A stretch of 64,000 bases of DNA from Trueperaceae bacterium (GTDB taxonomy: Bacteria; Deinococcota; Deinococci; Deinococcales; Trueperaceae): NCBI GenBank assembly GCA_035703635.1, contig DASSXV010000005.1, positions 10,065 through 74,064 on the forward strand, in the 5' to 3' direction. This document shows, one piece after another, positions 47,465 through 57,646 of this stretch (the first letter of the stretch is position 1; every line of letters begins with the position of its first letter). The translations under genes and the position numbers were made by a program. The notes under the pieces are model-generated. The model did not search any database. It was given only the letters and a program-made list of their open reading frames with translations, and had not been told where the DNA came from.

Positions 47465-49525
47465 ATGGCCGGCGTGAGCCAAGTTGACGAGCACAAGGAA
47501 GCTCAGGCTTCGGTCTTGCGCGACCCAGACAAGCGCCGCGCGCTGGCGGTGTCGCTCACGTTGCACATGCTCGTACTGCTCCTCGCGCTGATGGCCGGCC
47601 TGCGCGTACGGGAGGAACCCGAACCCGCTTACATCGTCATCGACGTCGGCACGCCGGCGTTCGCGGAGGAGACGACGTTGGCGGCGACCGCCGAGAACCC
47701 GGCGCCGCCCGCACCTGCCCCGCAAGTGGCCTCCGAGTCCCTTGGCGCACCGCGCGACCTCTCCGCGCCGCAAGTCGAGTCGACGGCGCCGGAGGCGCGC
47801 CCCGTTACCGCTCAACCGCCGGCTCCTGAGGCTCCGCCAGCGCAAGCCGCAGCTGAGGTGCCCGAGGCGACGGCCGCAGACGTACCGGCGCCGCCACTGC
47901 CAGTGCCGCAAGTCACGGAGACGAGCCCTCCAGCTGAGGCCCTGCCGCTAGCGGAGGTGCCCGTCACCCCGTTGCCGGAGATCGACCCGGTGGCCATGAC
48001 GCCGCGCCCTCTCACCGACCCGGTCCTCCTGCCGGTGCCGCAGGTGAGCGCCAGCGTCACCGAGGCGCGCACCATAGCCGCGCAGCCAGCCGCCAACATC
48101 AGCGAGGCGCGCGACCTGGAAGCCCCGCAACCCAACGCCAGCGTCGTGGCCCCGCGCGAGCTGACTAACCCAGCGATCAACGCTCAGGTCTCGCAAGCGG
48201 TCGGGCTGGCTGCGCCAAACGCCGCCGCTTCCGTCACCGCAGCGCGCCCACTAGAAGCGCCGGTGGTGGCGGCACAGGTGGCTGCCGGCACGGCGCTCGA
48301 TACTAGCGGGGTCAGCGCCAGCGTCAACGGCACTAGACCTCTAGCGCCCCCAAGCGTGACCGCGCAGGTAGGTACGAGCCGCGACGTGCAGGTGGTGCCG
48401 GAGGCGGTGGTAGCGCAAGTCAGGAACGTGCCAGTGCCGGCGTTGCGCGCCGACGTCATCGCCCCGACGACGGCAGCCGGCGCGCCTGGAGCCCAAGGCG
48501 ACCGCGCCGGTGACACCGACGTGCAGGCAACCACCACCAGCCGCGTGCCGCCCGGCGGCAACGCCGCTACGGCTGGGCAGACCGGGCCGCTTGACCCGGA
48601 CGTCACGGCGGACGGGCGCGGGCGGGCCGCGGGGCCGGACGGCGTTGGCGAAGGCACGGGGGCGCCGGCGCAGCAAGCGCGGCTGCCGTACTCCACGCAG
48701 CGCGAGCGGCCCCTCGCAGTCCTGATAGACAACGTCGGCGGCTACCCGCAGACGGGCCTGCGCGAGGCGTCCATGATCGTCGAGATGCCGGTCGAGGGCG
48801 GCCTTACGCGCCTCATGGCCATCTACGACCGCAACTTCCCGCGCCGCGTCGGTCCAGTGCGCAGCGCACGCGACTACTTCGTCGAGCTCGCCCAGTCGAG
48901 CCAAGCGGTGCTCGTGCATGACGGTGGGTCGCCTGGCGCCATGATCGCCATCGCCAACTCGCTGCTGCCAACCCTGAACGCTTATAACAACGGCACGCTC
49001 TTCGCCCGCGAAGGCGAACGCAACGCGCCATACAACCTCTACGGGGCTGGCAACGACCTCCGCACCGCAATGCTGCGGTTGGTTTCGGAGAAGTCCCGCC
49101 TCGTTTCCGGCACCGTCTTCACGCCGACGCCCGTTGCTGGCACGGTCACTGAGGTCAGCGTCAAGTACAGCGGCGCTTACACCTCTGGCTTCAGGTACGA
49201 CGCCGTTCTCGGTTCGTACCGCTGGATAAGGGACGGCACGCCGGCCAACCACCCGGACGGCCAAGTCATGCTCTTCGATGCGGTGCTCGTCGGCAACATC
49301 ACCGCGAGGCCGCTGCCAGACGACAACGCCGGCAGACTCTACATCCCGCTGGAATCAGGCGACGCCACCCTCTACTTGAAGGGACGCGCCCAACGGGGTA
49401 CGTGGTTCGTCAGCCAAGGCGTTGGGGTGAGCTTCAAGACGCTGGAAGGCGAGATCGTCGACTTGGCGCCGTTCAGGACCTGGGCGCTGCTGACGCCAAC
49501 CTACGATACGCGCAGCGAACAGTAG
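47465..49525 (+). CDS. TonB-like anchor + Pro-rich/repeat linker + C-terminal DUF3048-like domain
   Basis: SLTLH TM motif; Pro/Ala-rich region; RPLAVLIDN..PQTGL..VEGGLTR..GPVRSAR..APYNLY. Confidence 0.75.
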   Translation: MAGVSQVDEHKEAQASVLRDPDKRRALAVSLTLHMLVLLLALMAGLRVREEPEPAYIVIDVGTPAFAEETTLAATAENPAPPAPAPQVASESLGAPRDLSAPQVESTAPEARPVTAQPPAPEAPPAQAAAEVPEATAADVPAPPLPVPQVTETSPPAEALPLAEVPVTPLPEIDPVAMTPRPLTDPVLLPVPQVSASVTEARTIAAQPAANISEARDLEAPQPNASVVAPRELTNPAINAQVSQAVGLAAPNAAASVTAARPLEAPVVAAQVAAGTALDTSGVSASVNGTRPLAPPSVTAQVGTSRDVQVVPEAVVAQVRNVPVPALRADVIAPTTAAGAPGAQGDRAGDTDVQATTTSRVPPGGNAATAGQTGPLDPDVTADGRGRAAGPDGVGEGTGAPAQQARLPYSTQRERPLAVLIDNVGGYPQTGLREASMIVEMPVEGGLTRLMAIYDRNFPRRVGPVRSARDYFVELAQSSQAVLVHDGGSPGAMIAIANSLLPTLNAYNNGTLFAREGERNAPYNLYGAGNDLRTAMLRLVSEKSRLVSGTVFTPTPVAGTVTEVSVKYSGAYTSGFRYDAVLGSYRWIRDGTPANHPDGQVMLFDAVLVGNITARPLPDDNAGRLYIPLESGDATLYLKGRAQRGTWFVSQGVGVSFKTLEGEIVDLAPFRTWALLTPTYDTRSEQ

Positions 49526-49648
49526 AACCAGACTCCAACCAGGGCGAGTTCGGCGGCGCCGCTGCCGCCACCGGCCCGGGCGCCAAGAACGGCTACGCGG
49601 CACGGTGGCGCACCACAGCGCGGTGCTAGCATCTGACGAGCTAGTGAG

Positions 49649-52600
49649 GTGGTGAGAGTCAACCACGACGACGCGAACTTGATCGGCTCCCTCAGCCCCT
49701 ACCTCCCCGAAGATCGTCTAGCCGAACTCGGCGGCGCCGGGGCGGTGGGCGGCGGCACTGGCAGCGCGCTCTTCGCGGACGTGGTCGGGTTCTCGCTGCT
49801 GACTACACGCTTAGCCGAGGTGCTTGGCCCGCGGCGCGGCGCTGAGGAAGTCCCGCGCTACTTGAACACGCTCTACGAGGCGCTCATCGGAGCGGCGCGC
49901 GAGCAGAACGGCAGTGTCGTCGGTTTCGCCGGCGACGCCATCATCTGCTGGTTCGCAGGCGATGACGGCAGCCGCGCCGCGGCCAGCGCCTGCGCCATGC
50001 AGGTCGCCATGGCAGCGTTCTCGGACCTCGCCATTCCGCTTACCGCCGCGACCGTGACCCTGAGCCTCAAGGTGTCTGTGGCGAGCGGTGCCGTCAAACG
50101 CTACGCCGTCGGCGATCCCGACCTGCAACTGCTCGACATCGTCGTTGGAGCTACGGTGGCGCGCCTCGAGGCCCTCAACGGTCTTGCCCACCGTGGTCAG
50201 GTGCTCGTAGATCCGGCTACCGCTGCCGCGTTACGCGGCAAGGCGGACCTTGCGCTAGTCGCGAGTACGAACCCTGGTGCGTTCGTGCTCCAGGGGCCGC
50301 TCCGCGCTCCGACAGCGGTTCCTAACGAAGCGCGCACTACCGTGAACGCCGCTGCAGTGGCGAGGTGGCTGCTGCCGACCATCCACCGCCGCCTCGCGGC
50401 TGGCGGCGGCGACTTCATCACCGAACTGCGCCCAGTGGCCGCCCTGTTCATAGCGTTCGCCGGCATCGACTTCGACGAAGACGGTGGCGCTGGCGAGAAG
50501 CTCGACTGGCTCGTGCGCACCGTTCAGCGCGTCGCCAGCGAGTACGGCGGCAACGTCCTGCAACTTACGGGCGGCGACAAGGGCACGTACGTCTACCTCG
50601 CGTTCGGCGCGCCCGTCGCCCATGAGGACGACACAGGTAGAGCGGCTGCCGCGGCACTCGATCTACGCGCCGAACTCCTCGGCGCTAGCTTCCTGACCGA
50701 CCTGAAGATGGGCCTCGGTTACGGCACGGCGCGCACGGGCGCATACGGTTCGTCGGGCCGCAGGACCTACGGCGCGTTAGGGCCGGAGACGAACATGGCC
50801 GCCAGATTGATGGCCGCTGCCCCGCACGGCGCCATCCACGCTAGCGGCGCGTTCGTCAACGCCCTCGGAGAAGGGTTCGTGGTGAAGGCCCTACCTGGGC
50901 TGGTGGCCAAGGGGTGGCCAGTGCCGGTCGAGAGGTACGACGTCGTGAGCCGGAGCGGCAGCGTCGCCGGCGGGCAGCACACCACGCCGCTGGCAGGCCG
51001 CCAGGCCGAGACCGCCGCCATCCGGGCGGCCGTCGAGCAAGCCGCCGGCGGCAGTGGGCGCGCCTTGCACGTCGTAGGCGAGGCGGGCGTCGGCAAGTCC
51101 GAGCTCGTCGCGCAAACCCTGAGAGCGGCGCCGGCCGTGCGCGTCGTAGCTGGCGCCTGTCAGGCGTTCGGCAAGACCGCGCCATACCAGGCGTGGAAGG
51201 GCGTCTTGCAGCAGCTCGTCGGCGTCACTCAGGGCGCGAGCGCGGCCGAGCGGACGGCGCTGCTCGAGTCCGCGCTCGGCCCGGAGCTAGTTGGCCGTGC
51301 TGCGCTGCTTGCTCCGCTCCTCGACTTCGCTGTGCCTGAGAGCGATCAGGTGGCCGCGATGAGCGCGGAGGACCGTAGCGCCGCGCGGCAGGCGCTCTTC
51401 ATCGCCCTCATCCGCCAGGCAGCCAACGCTACGGCCGTCGCGGGCCTCACGCTGGTCGTGCTCATCGAGGACCTCAACTGGCTGGACCCGGCGTCAGAGC
51501 AGTTCCTTCACGCGCTCACGGCGGGCCTCTCCACCATGCCGTTGCTCGTGCTTACGACCGCTAGGCCGAGCGTGGAGCGCACGCCAGATGCTCCGCTTCA
51601 CACGACCGACGTGATCAACCTAGGCCCGTTGGCCGAGCCGGAAGCTCGCGTGGTGGTGGATCACTTGCTCGCCGCGCTCGACGCGAAGTTGAGTCCAGAC
51701 GTCATCAGCGCCATCGTGCGGCGTTCAGGCGGCAACCCGTTCTTCTTGGAGGAGCTGGTCACCGACGTCGTGCAGCGCGCCGCGGCTGGCGCGCGCATCG
51801 GCGACAACGAACTCCCAACTAGCTTGCACCGCCTCATACTCGCGCGCCTCGACCGCCTGACAGACGAGCAACTCGTCAACCTGAAGATCGCCAGCGTGGT
51901 CGGCTTGGAGTTCGAGGTCGCGTTCGTGCACGCCTGCCACGACGGTAGCGCAAGGGACGAGATCGTGGCGGCGTTGGAGGCCACCCGTCAGCTTGGGTTA
52001 ACGCCGCTGCACAAGAGTGAACCACTGTGCTACGCCTTCAACCATGGCATCACGCGCGACGTGACTTACGAGAGCCAGGCGCACGAGACGCGCACGCGGC
52101 TGCATACGCGGCTGGCGCATCATATCGAGGCGCTCACGGGCGGTGCCGATCTCGACGTGCTCGCCTACCATTACGGTCTTGGTGACGATCTTCCAAAGGC
52201 GCGCCACTACCTCGCCGCCGCCGCCGCCGCGGCCAAGGCCGTGTATGCCAACGAGGCCGCCACGACTTACCTAAGCAGGTTGCTCGAGCTACTGCACGGA
52301 GCGGAACGCCTGCCTGCACTCCTCGAGCTAGGTGAGGTCATGAGCTTCGTGGGGGCGCACGCCGGGGCGGAGGAGAGCCTAACGGAGGCGCTCACGTTCG
52401 CTGCCGGCACCAGCGACGAGGCCACCGCCCTGCGGCTGCTTGGGGAGCTGTACGAACGGCGCGGCGAGCACGGCCCCGCACGCATTCGGCTCGAGGCGGC
52501 GGCCAAGCTGGCGCGCGCTTGGCAGGATGACGAGGAGTTGACGCGCGTGCTGCTTGCGCTCGGCGGCAACGTTCTCTGGCACCTGGGCGAGTACGGCGAA

Positions 52601-53377
52601 GCCGCGGACCTGCTGCAGGAGGCGCTGGCGTTGGCGCGCGGCAGGAACGACCCGCGCGCCGGCGCACGGGCGCTCCACGGCCTGGCCAACGTCCACCTCT
52701 ACCTCGGCGAGACGGAGGCGGCAACCGAGGCGCTGACGGCCAGCCTCCAGATGCGCAGCGACGCTCAAGACGAGTACGGGGTGGCGAACGCCCTCAACAA
52801 CCTTGCGATCCTCGCGGCCAACGCCGGGGACAGCGAGCGGGCCGAAGCGCTGTTCACCGAGAGCCTCACCATCAGGCAACGGCTTGGTGACGTGTCGGGG
52901 GTGGCGGTCGCGCTCAACAACCTTGGCTACATGGTGGCCAAGCGCGGCGACTTGACGGAGGCGCTGCGCCTCTACGAAGAGAGCCTTGCGTCGCGCCGCG
53001 AGCTCGGCGATCGCTTGGGTCAGGCCGTTTCGCTCAACAACCTGGCAGGCTTGGAGGCGCAACTCGGTGCAGTCGACGTTGCCCGCGAACATTACTTGGA
53101 GAGCGCTACCTTGTCGGCGACCTGGGGCAACCGCAGGGAGGCGGCCGCAGCCCTCGCTGGCATCGGCAGCATCGCCGATGACGCTGCAACTGCCGCCCGG
53201 TTCTTGCTCGCGGCGGAGCAACTGATAAAGGAGTTGGGCGCGGCTGTCGAACCGGAAGTCGAGGTGGCTCTAAACGAAGCCAGGTCACGCGCGGCAGGCG
53301 TGCAACTGACCGCGCCGCGGTTCGAGACGCCACAAGAGTTGCTAGCCTGGGCAACTGCTAATCATACGCCAAACTGA
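49649..53377 (+). CDS. Soluble adenylate/guanylate cyclase-like STAND protein (two cyclase domains + AAA ATPase + TPR)
   Basis: FADVVGF, FAGDA, GDKG, NMAARLM; GEAGVGKS, IEDLNW.D, GGNPFFLEE; ALNNLG TPR repeats. Confidence 0.88.
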   Translation: MVRVNHDDANLIGSLSPYLPEDRLAELGGAGAVGGGTGSALFADVVGFSLLTTRLAEVLGPRRGAEEVPRYLNTLYEALIGAAREQNGSVVGFAGDAIICWFAGDDGSRAAASACAMQVAMAAFSDLAIPLTAATVTLSLKVSVASGAVKRYAVGDPDLQLLDIVVGATVARLEALNGLAHRGQVLVDPATAAALRGKADLALVASTNPGAFVLQGPLRAPTAVPNEARTTVNAAAVARWLLPTIHRRLAAGGGDFITELRPVAALFIAFAGIDFDEDGGAGEKLDWLVRTVQRVASEYGGNVLQLTGGDKGTYVYLAFGAPVAHEDDTGRAAAAALDLRAELLGASFLTDLKMGLGYGTARTGAYGSSGRRTYGALGPETNMAARLMAAAPHGAIHASGAFVNALGEGFVVKALPGLVAKGWPVPVERYDVVSRSGSVAGGQHTTPLAGRQAETAAIRAAVEQAAGGSGRALHVVGEAGVGKSELVAQTLRAAPAVRVVAGACQAFGKTAPYQAWKGVLQQLVGVTQGASAAERTALLESALGPELVGRAALLAPLLDFAVPESDQVAAMSAEDRSAARQALFIALIRQAANATAVAGLTLVVLIEDLNWLDPASEQFLHALTAGLSTMPLLVLTTARPSVERTPDAPLHTTDVINLGPLAEPEARVVVDHLLAALDAKLSPDVISAIVRRSGGNPFFLEELVTDVVQRAAAGARIGDNELPTSLHRLILARLDRLTDEQLVNLKIASVVGLEFEVAFVHACHDGSARDEIVAALEATRQLGLTPLHKSEPLCYAFNHGITRDVTYESQAHETRTRLHTRLAHHIEALTGGADLDVLAYHYGLGDDLPKARHYLAAAAAAAKAVYANEAATTYLSRLLELLHGAERLPALLELGEVMSFVGAHAGAEESLTEALTFAAGTSDEATALRLLGELYERRGEHGPARIRLEAAAKLARAWQDDEELTRVLLALGGNVLWHLGEYGEAADLLQEALALARGRNDPRAGARALHGLANVHLYLGETEAATEALTASLQMRSDAQDEYGVANALNNLAILAANAGDSERAEALFTESLTIRQRLGDVSGVAVALNNLGYMVAKRGDLTEALRLYEESLASRRELGDRLGQAVSLNNLAGLEAQLGAVDVAREHYLESATLSATWGNRREAAAALAGIGSIADDAATAARFLLAAEQLIKELGAAVEPEVEVALNEARSRAAGVQLTAPRFETPQELLAWATANHTPN

Positions 53378-53513
53378 GAGTGAAGAAACTGGCTGTGCTT
53401 CACGAACGGCTCTGCTCGGCGTTAGAATCGCGAAGTCAAAGAGTAAGCACGAGTCGCGGTGCGCCAGTCACTGATGTTCCGTCAGACGCCGCGCCAGGCT
53501 CGTAGGAGGCAAC

Positions 53514-55436
53514 ATGCGGCGCATTCTCGGGAGGCTCGATCGGTCACGCCTCGTCGCTCGGTCGGTGTGGCGCCAGGCTCTGGTCGGCGCCGCCATCCTG
53601 TTGTTCATGGCTGCGTGTCAGACCACGCCTCAGCCCGAAGCGCTGTCGGACGCGGACGCAGAGTACCAGCAGGCGCTCGAACTGGGGGCTTTCGCCGCGC
53701 CGACGGTCGGGGAACTCCGCGTGCGCTTCCTCCCCCCGATCGGGAAAGCAGCGCCTAGCGGCGAGTTCGAGTCCGGCTTGGCGCTCGAGATCGAGTTCTT
53801 CAACGTCGACCCCGTTACTAGAGTGGCGAGCGGCAGCGCGTTGGGGCCGGAATTGGCTACCCCAAAACAGATAGCGATCAAGCGTGACGTCTACTCCCTC
53901 GTGTGGCGTTCGTTCGCTACCACGGTCAACCGCGAGGCTGGCCAATACTTGCGCCTCGAGGTGCGCCTCCCGACCGCCCCCGACGGACCGGCATGCAACG
54001 AACCTACCGCGAGTTGCCTCGGGTACGTCGACCTCTACACCTTCAGTGGCCGGTGGCAGGGGCCAGGGTCGGTGCCTGAAGGCTTCGTCCCCGTACCTGC
54101 GACGCGCGGCGCCTTGCCTATCAAGTTCAAGGTCCTCGTTGCGCCAGACCAGAAACCTGCGCCTGACACGATCGACGAACTCACCGGCGTGAACGGCGGC
54201 TCGTTCAGCACGGCGCTAGGAAACTGCGTCAGCTCGTTCCAAACCCGCCCGAGCCAGGGTTTGCAGGCCGTTGGAGCCGGCCTGCAGGCGGTCGGCGCGA
54301 TCGGCGGCATGTTCCGTGGCCCGAGCAGCGCGTTCGGCGCCAGCCTGATCAGTGCCGCTGGTGTCGCCGATGAGCTCAGCGCGGCGCTCGTTGGCGGGCC
54401 AACTGACAAGAACGTGGCGCTGTTCATCGTCGACGACTTCTCGGAAGGCCTCGAGCTGCCGCCTGCGCTCTTCGGCCCCGACCCGGACTTGGAGGCGCTA
54501 GCTAGTCAGGTCTCGCACGGCGCGCTCGTACTGCACCACGTCAAGGCCATGGCCGAGGTGCTGGTAGGCAACAGCGCTTGGGGTAGCGGCTACGTCGGTG
54601 ACCAGATGAAGTACTACCTCACCGACGCCAACGGTAACCACCTGTTCATTCAGACGATCGACGTCGGCAACTACGACACGGACGACATCCCCGCCAAAGT
54701 ACGTTACATGCTGGCGAAGTACGGCGCGTCTTACAGCTCGTTGAACACCCATTACATGGTCGTCAACATGAGCTTCGCGGTCGTGCCATGCAGCGTTCAA
54801 CACGACTTCGCCAACACCGTCGGTCTGGCCACGTTCGAGGACTACGTCGCTGCTCTAGCAAGCGTGAACGGCATCGGCGACGACTACCTCTCCGACCTCG
54901 GCGAGCTCGTGTCGTTGCCCGTGAACGTCGCCAACGACCCCCTCCTAACCTACTTAGGGTGCCCCCTGCCAACCGCCAGCTCGTGCGACGGCGCGGACGC
55001 TCATCATGCCGCAGCTCAGGGCATCGTCCACGTGGCCTCCTCCGGCAACTATGGCAACGCGTACGCCCTCTTCCCGGCGGCGTCGCCGCTCGTCATCAGC
55101 GTTGGCTCCTCCGAGCCAAGCAGCGGTGGCTACGTTCCGGCCGCCTACTCGAACGCTGCGGAAGTGGCCGCGCCGGGCGGGCTTTTCGAGCTAGCAAACG
55201 TGAACGACAACGTCGTCGCGTACGCGGGCAGCTCGTTCGCTGCGCCGATCGTCAGCCTCTACCTCGCCCTAGACATGATGCAGGACCACGCCCGCTGCCC
55301 AGTACCTCAAGTGAGCAGCCAGCCCCTCACCCCGCCGAGACTAGCCACCGGTGTCTACGACATGCTGCCCTTCTACACACCGTTCGCGTACGACGGCGAG
55401 GATGCTCTTAGCGAATACTGCGTGGGCCCGTCCTAG
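53514..55436 (+). CDS. Lipoprotein with a C-terminal subtilase (S8)-like domain
   Basis: FMAAC lipobox; IVDDF (Asp), SHGALV (His), SSGN, GSSFAAP (Ser). Confidence 0.75.
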   Translation: MRRILGRLDRSRLVARSVWRQALVGAAILLFMAACQTTPQPEALSDADAEYQQALELGAFAAPTVGELRVRFLPPIGKAAPSGEFESGLALEIEFFNVDPVTRVASGSALGPELATPKQIAIKRDVYSLVWRSFATTVNREAGQYLRLEVRLPTAPDGPACNEPTASCLGYVDLYTFSGRWQGPGSVPEGFVPVPATRGALPIKFKVLVAPDQKPAPDTIDELTGVNGGSFSTALGNCVSSFQTRPSQGLQAVGAGLQAVGAIGGMFRGPSSAFGASLISAAGVADELSAALVGGPTDKNVALFIVDDFSEGLELPPALFGPDPDLEALASQVSHGALVLHHVKAMAEVLVGNSAWGSGYVGDQMKYYLTDANGNHLFIQTIDVGNYDTDDIPAKVRYMLAKYGASYSSLNTHYMVVNMSFAVVPCSVQHDFANTVGLATFEDYVAALASVNGIGDDYLSDLGELVSLPVNVANDPLLTYLGCPLPTASSCDGADAHHAAAQGIVHVASSGNYGNAYALFPAASPLVISVGSSEPSSGGYVPAAYSNAAEVAAPGGLFELANVNDNVVAYAGSSFAAPIVSLYLALDMMQDHARCPVPQVSSQPLTPPRLATGVYDMLPFYTPFAYDGEDALSEYCVGPS

Positions 55437-55468
55437 AAAGTCGTACCGGCCCCGCAACGCGGGGCTTC

Positions 55469-57634
55469 ATGGCGGCGACGCTGCAGAACCTGAGCATCGG
55501 TTTGGTGATCGGGGCGCTCAGCGTGACCATGTCGATCTCGCTCGCGGCGCTCGTCTACGGCGGCGCCGGAACGGCGTACCTGGCTCGCGGTATCGGGCTC
55601 GTGCTGCTCGGCGGTATGGTGTTGTCCGTCGTCGTGTCGCTGGTGACCTCGTTGCCCGGCATGATCGCCAACGCGCAAGACGCGCCCGCCGCCGTGCTCG
55701 GCGCCCTGTCTGCCTCGCTGGGCGCACAGTTGCTGGCGGGCGGCGCCTCGGCGGAGGAGCGCTTCTTCACGACCGTCGTGGTGGTGGCGGCCTCCACTTT
55801 CGCGACGGGGGCGCTGTTCCTGCTCTTCGGCATCTTCCGACTAGGGAACCTCGTGCGTTACCTGCCATACCCGGTGTTGGGCGGGTTCATGGCTGGCACG
55901 GGTTGGCTACTGGTAACTGGCGGGGTTGGCGTCATGGCCGACGTGCGGCCGAGCCTCCACTTCCTGACTGACCTGTTCGCCAGCGGCGTGATCATCCAAT
56001 GGTTGCCTGGGGCGGCGCTGGCCGTTGCCCTGCTCGTGCTGACCCGCCGCTACCAGCACTTCCTCGTCTGGCCTGTGGCCCTCGTGGCCGCCGTTCTCGT
56101 CTTCTACGCCGTCATGTTCGTGGCGGGTGGAACGCTCGCAGGCTGGCGTGAACGCGGCCTCCTCTTGGGATCACTCCCAGCTGGTTCGCTCATCGCGCCA
56201 CCAACGGCGGCCGAGGTAGCTCTCGTGAGGTGGGACCTTGTCCTCGCCCACCTTCCTACCGTGTTGACGGTGGCGTTCATAGCGCTGATGGCGTTGCTCC
56301 TCAACGCCATCGGAGTGGAGAAGAGCACCGGCCGCAAAGTGCACCTCAACCGCGAACTCCGCGCGGCGGGCATGGGCAACCTGCTGGCTGGCTCGCTCGG
56401 CGGCAACCCGGGCTATCAAGGCCTCAGCTTCACGACCTTCAACCTCACGGCGGGCACCGGATCGCGGACATCGGCGCTAGTGGCGGCCGGCGTCATGGTC
56501 GCGACGTTGCTCTTCGGCGCAGACGCGATCGGCCTGCTACCCAAGGCCGTCGTTGGCGGCCTGGTGATGTTCTTCGGGCTCAAGTTCCTGTTCGAGTGGC
56601 TGTACCAAGCGTTCTTCAACCTGCCCGTCGGCGAGTACCTGATCGTCGTCGTTATCCTCGCCGTCATCGTAGTTGCTGGGGTGCTGCCTGGCGTTGGCGT
56701 CGGGCTGCTCCTCACCGTCGCGCTGTTCGTCGTCAGCTCCAGCCGCATAGACGCGGTGCGCTACGCCGTAGGCGGAGGCGAACTGCACAGTCGAGTCTCG
56801 CGCAGCGAGGCAGAACGCAGGCAACTCGACCGCCACGGTCACGAACTCATGGTCGTGCAGCTGCAGGGGTTCCTGTTCTTCGGGACGGCGTCCGCACTGC
56901 TCGAGCGCCTCGAACGTCGCGTCAATGGCGGGCCGCGGCTCCATAGCCTCATCATCGATTTCTCGCGCGTGACTGGGGTCGACTCGACTGGGTTGGCCAC
57001 CATCGGCGACGTCGCCAAGCTCGCTACCGCCGCCGGTTTCGAGCTCGCCCTCTGCGCAGTGCCTGGTACCATCGAGAAGTTGCTTAGCAGGCGGCGCGCG
57101 GCGAACTTGGGCAGGCACTTCACCAGCCTTGACGAGGCGCTCGAGCACGCGGAAGAGCGCCTGCTCGAGCGCCTGGCAGTCCAGCGCACCGGGTTCGGCA
57201 CCGAAGTCGACGCGGTCGCCTACTACTCCGACCCGACCTTCGACTTCGCGGCGCTGATGCCCTACCTGACGAGGCATGAACTTCGCGCAGGCGACGTGCT
57301 CATCCGCAAAGGAGACGAGGCCAACGTCCTCTACTTCCTCATGCAAGGCCAGATGACGGCGCTTGCCGAGGGCGAGGGGGGCGCGGTCACGCGCTTCGAG
57401 ACGCTGCGCGCGGGCGGCTTGCTAGGTGAGCTGGGTTTCTACCTTGGCGGGGAGCGCAGCGCGACGGTGCGCGCGGACCACGACTCCGTGCTCCTCGCAC
57501 TCGACAACGCCGCTCTCGAGCGCGTGCTGGCCGCGGTGCCCACGCTTGCCGCCGAGTTGCACAGGCAGGTGGCGCGGCTCATGGCGCGGCGCGTACTGCA
57601 CCTCATGGAGGCGCTAGAAGCCGTGCAACGCTGA
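55469..57634 (+). CDS. SulP family anion transporter with STAS and cNMP-binding domains
   Basis: LPYPVLGGF, NRELRAAG.GN, LQGFLFFG..IIDF..V..VDSTG STAS, GELGF...RSATVRA. Confidence 0.9.
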   Translation: MAATLQNLSIGLVIGALSVTMSISLAALVYGGAGTAYLARGIGLVLLGGMVLSVVVSLVTSLPGMIANAQDAPAAVLGALSASLGAQLLAGGASAEERFFTTVVVVAASTFATGALFLLFGIFRLGNLVRYLPYPVLGGFMAGTGWLLVTGGVGVMADVRPSLHFLTDLFASGVIIQWLPGAALAVALLVLTRRYQHFLVWPVALVAAVLVFYAVMFVAGGTLAGWRERGLLLGSLPAGSLIAPPTAAEVALVRWDLVLAHLPTVLTVAFIALMALLLNAIGVEKSTGRKVHLNRELRAAGMGNLLAGSLGGNPGYQGLSFTTFNLTAGTGSRTSALVAAGVMVATLLFGADAIGLLPKAVVGGLVMFFGLKFLFEWLYQAFFNLPVGEYLIVVVILAVIVVAGVLPGVGVGLLLTVALFVVSSSRIDAVRYAVGGGELHSRVSRSEAERRQLDRHGHELMVVQLQGFLFFGTASALLERLERRVNGGPRLHSLIIDFSRVTGVDSTGLATIGDVAKLATAAGFELALCAVPGTIEKLLSRRRAANLGRHFTSLDEALEHAEERLLERLAVQRTGFGTEVDAVAYYSDPTFDFAALMPYLTRHELRAGDVLIRKGDEANVLYFLMQGQMTALAEGEGGAVTRFETLRAGGLLGELGFYLGGERSATVRADHDSVLLALDNAALERVLAAVPTLAAELHRQVARLMARRVLHLMEALEAVQR

Positions 57635-57646
57635 GGGCGGCCGGTC

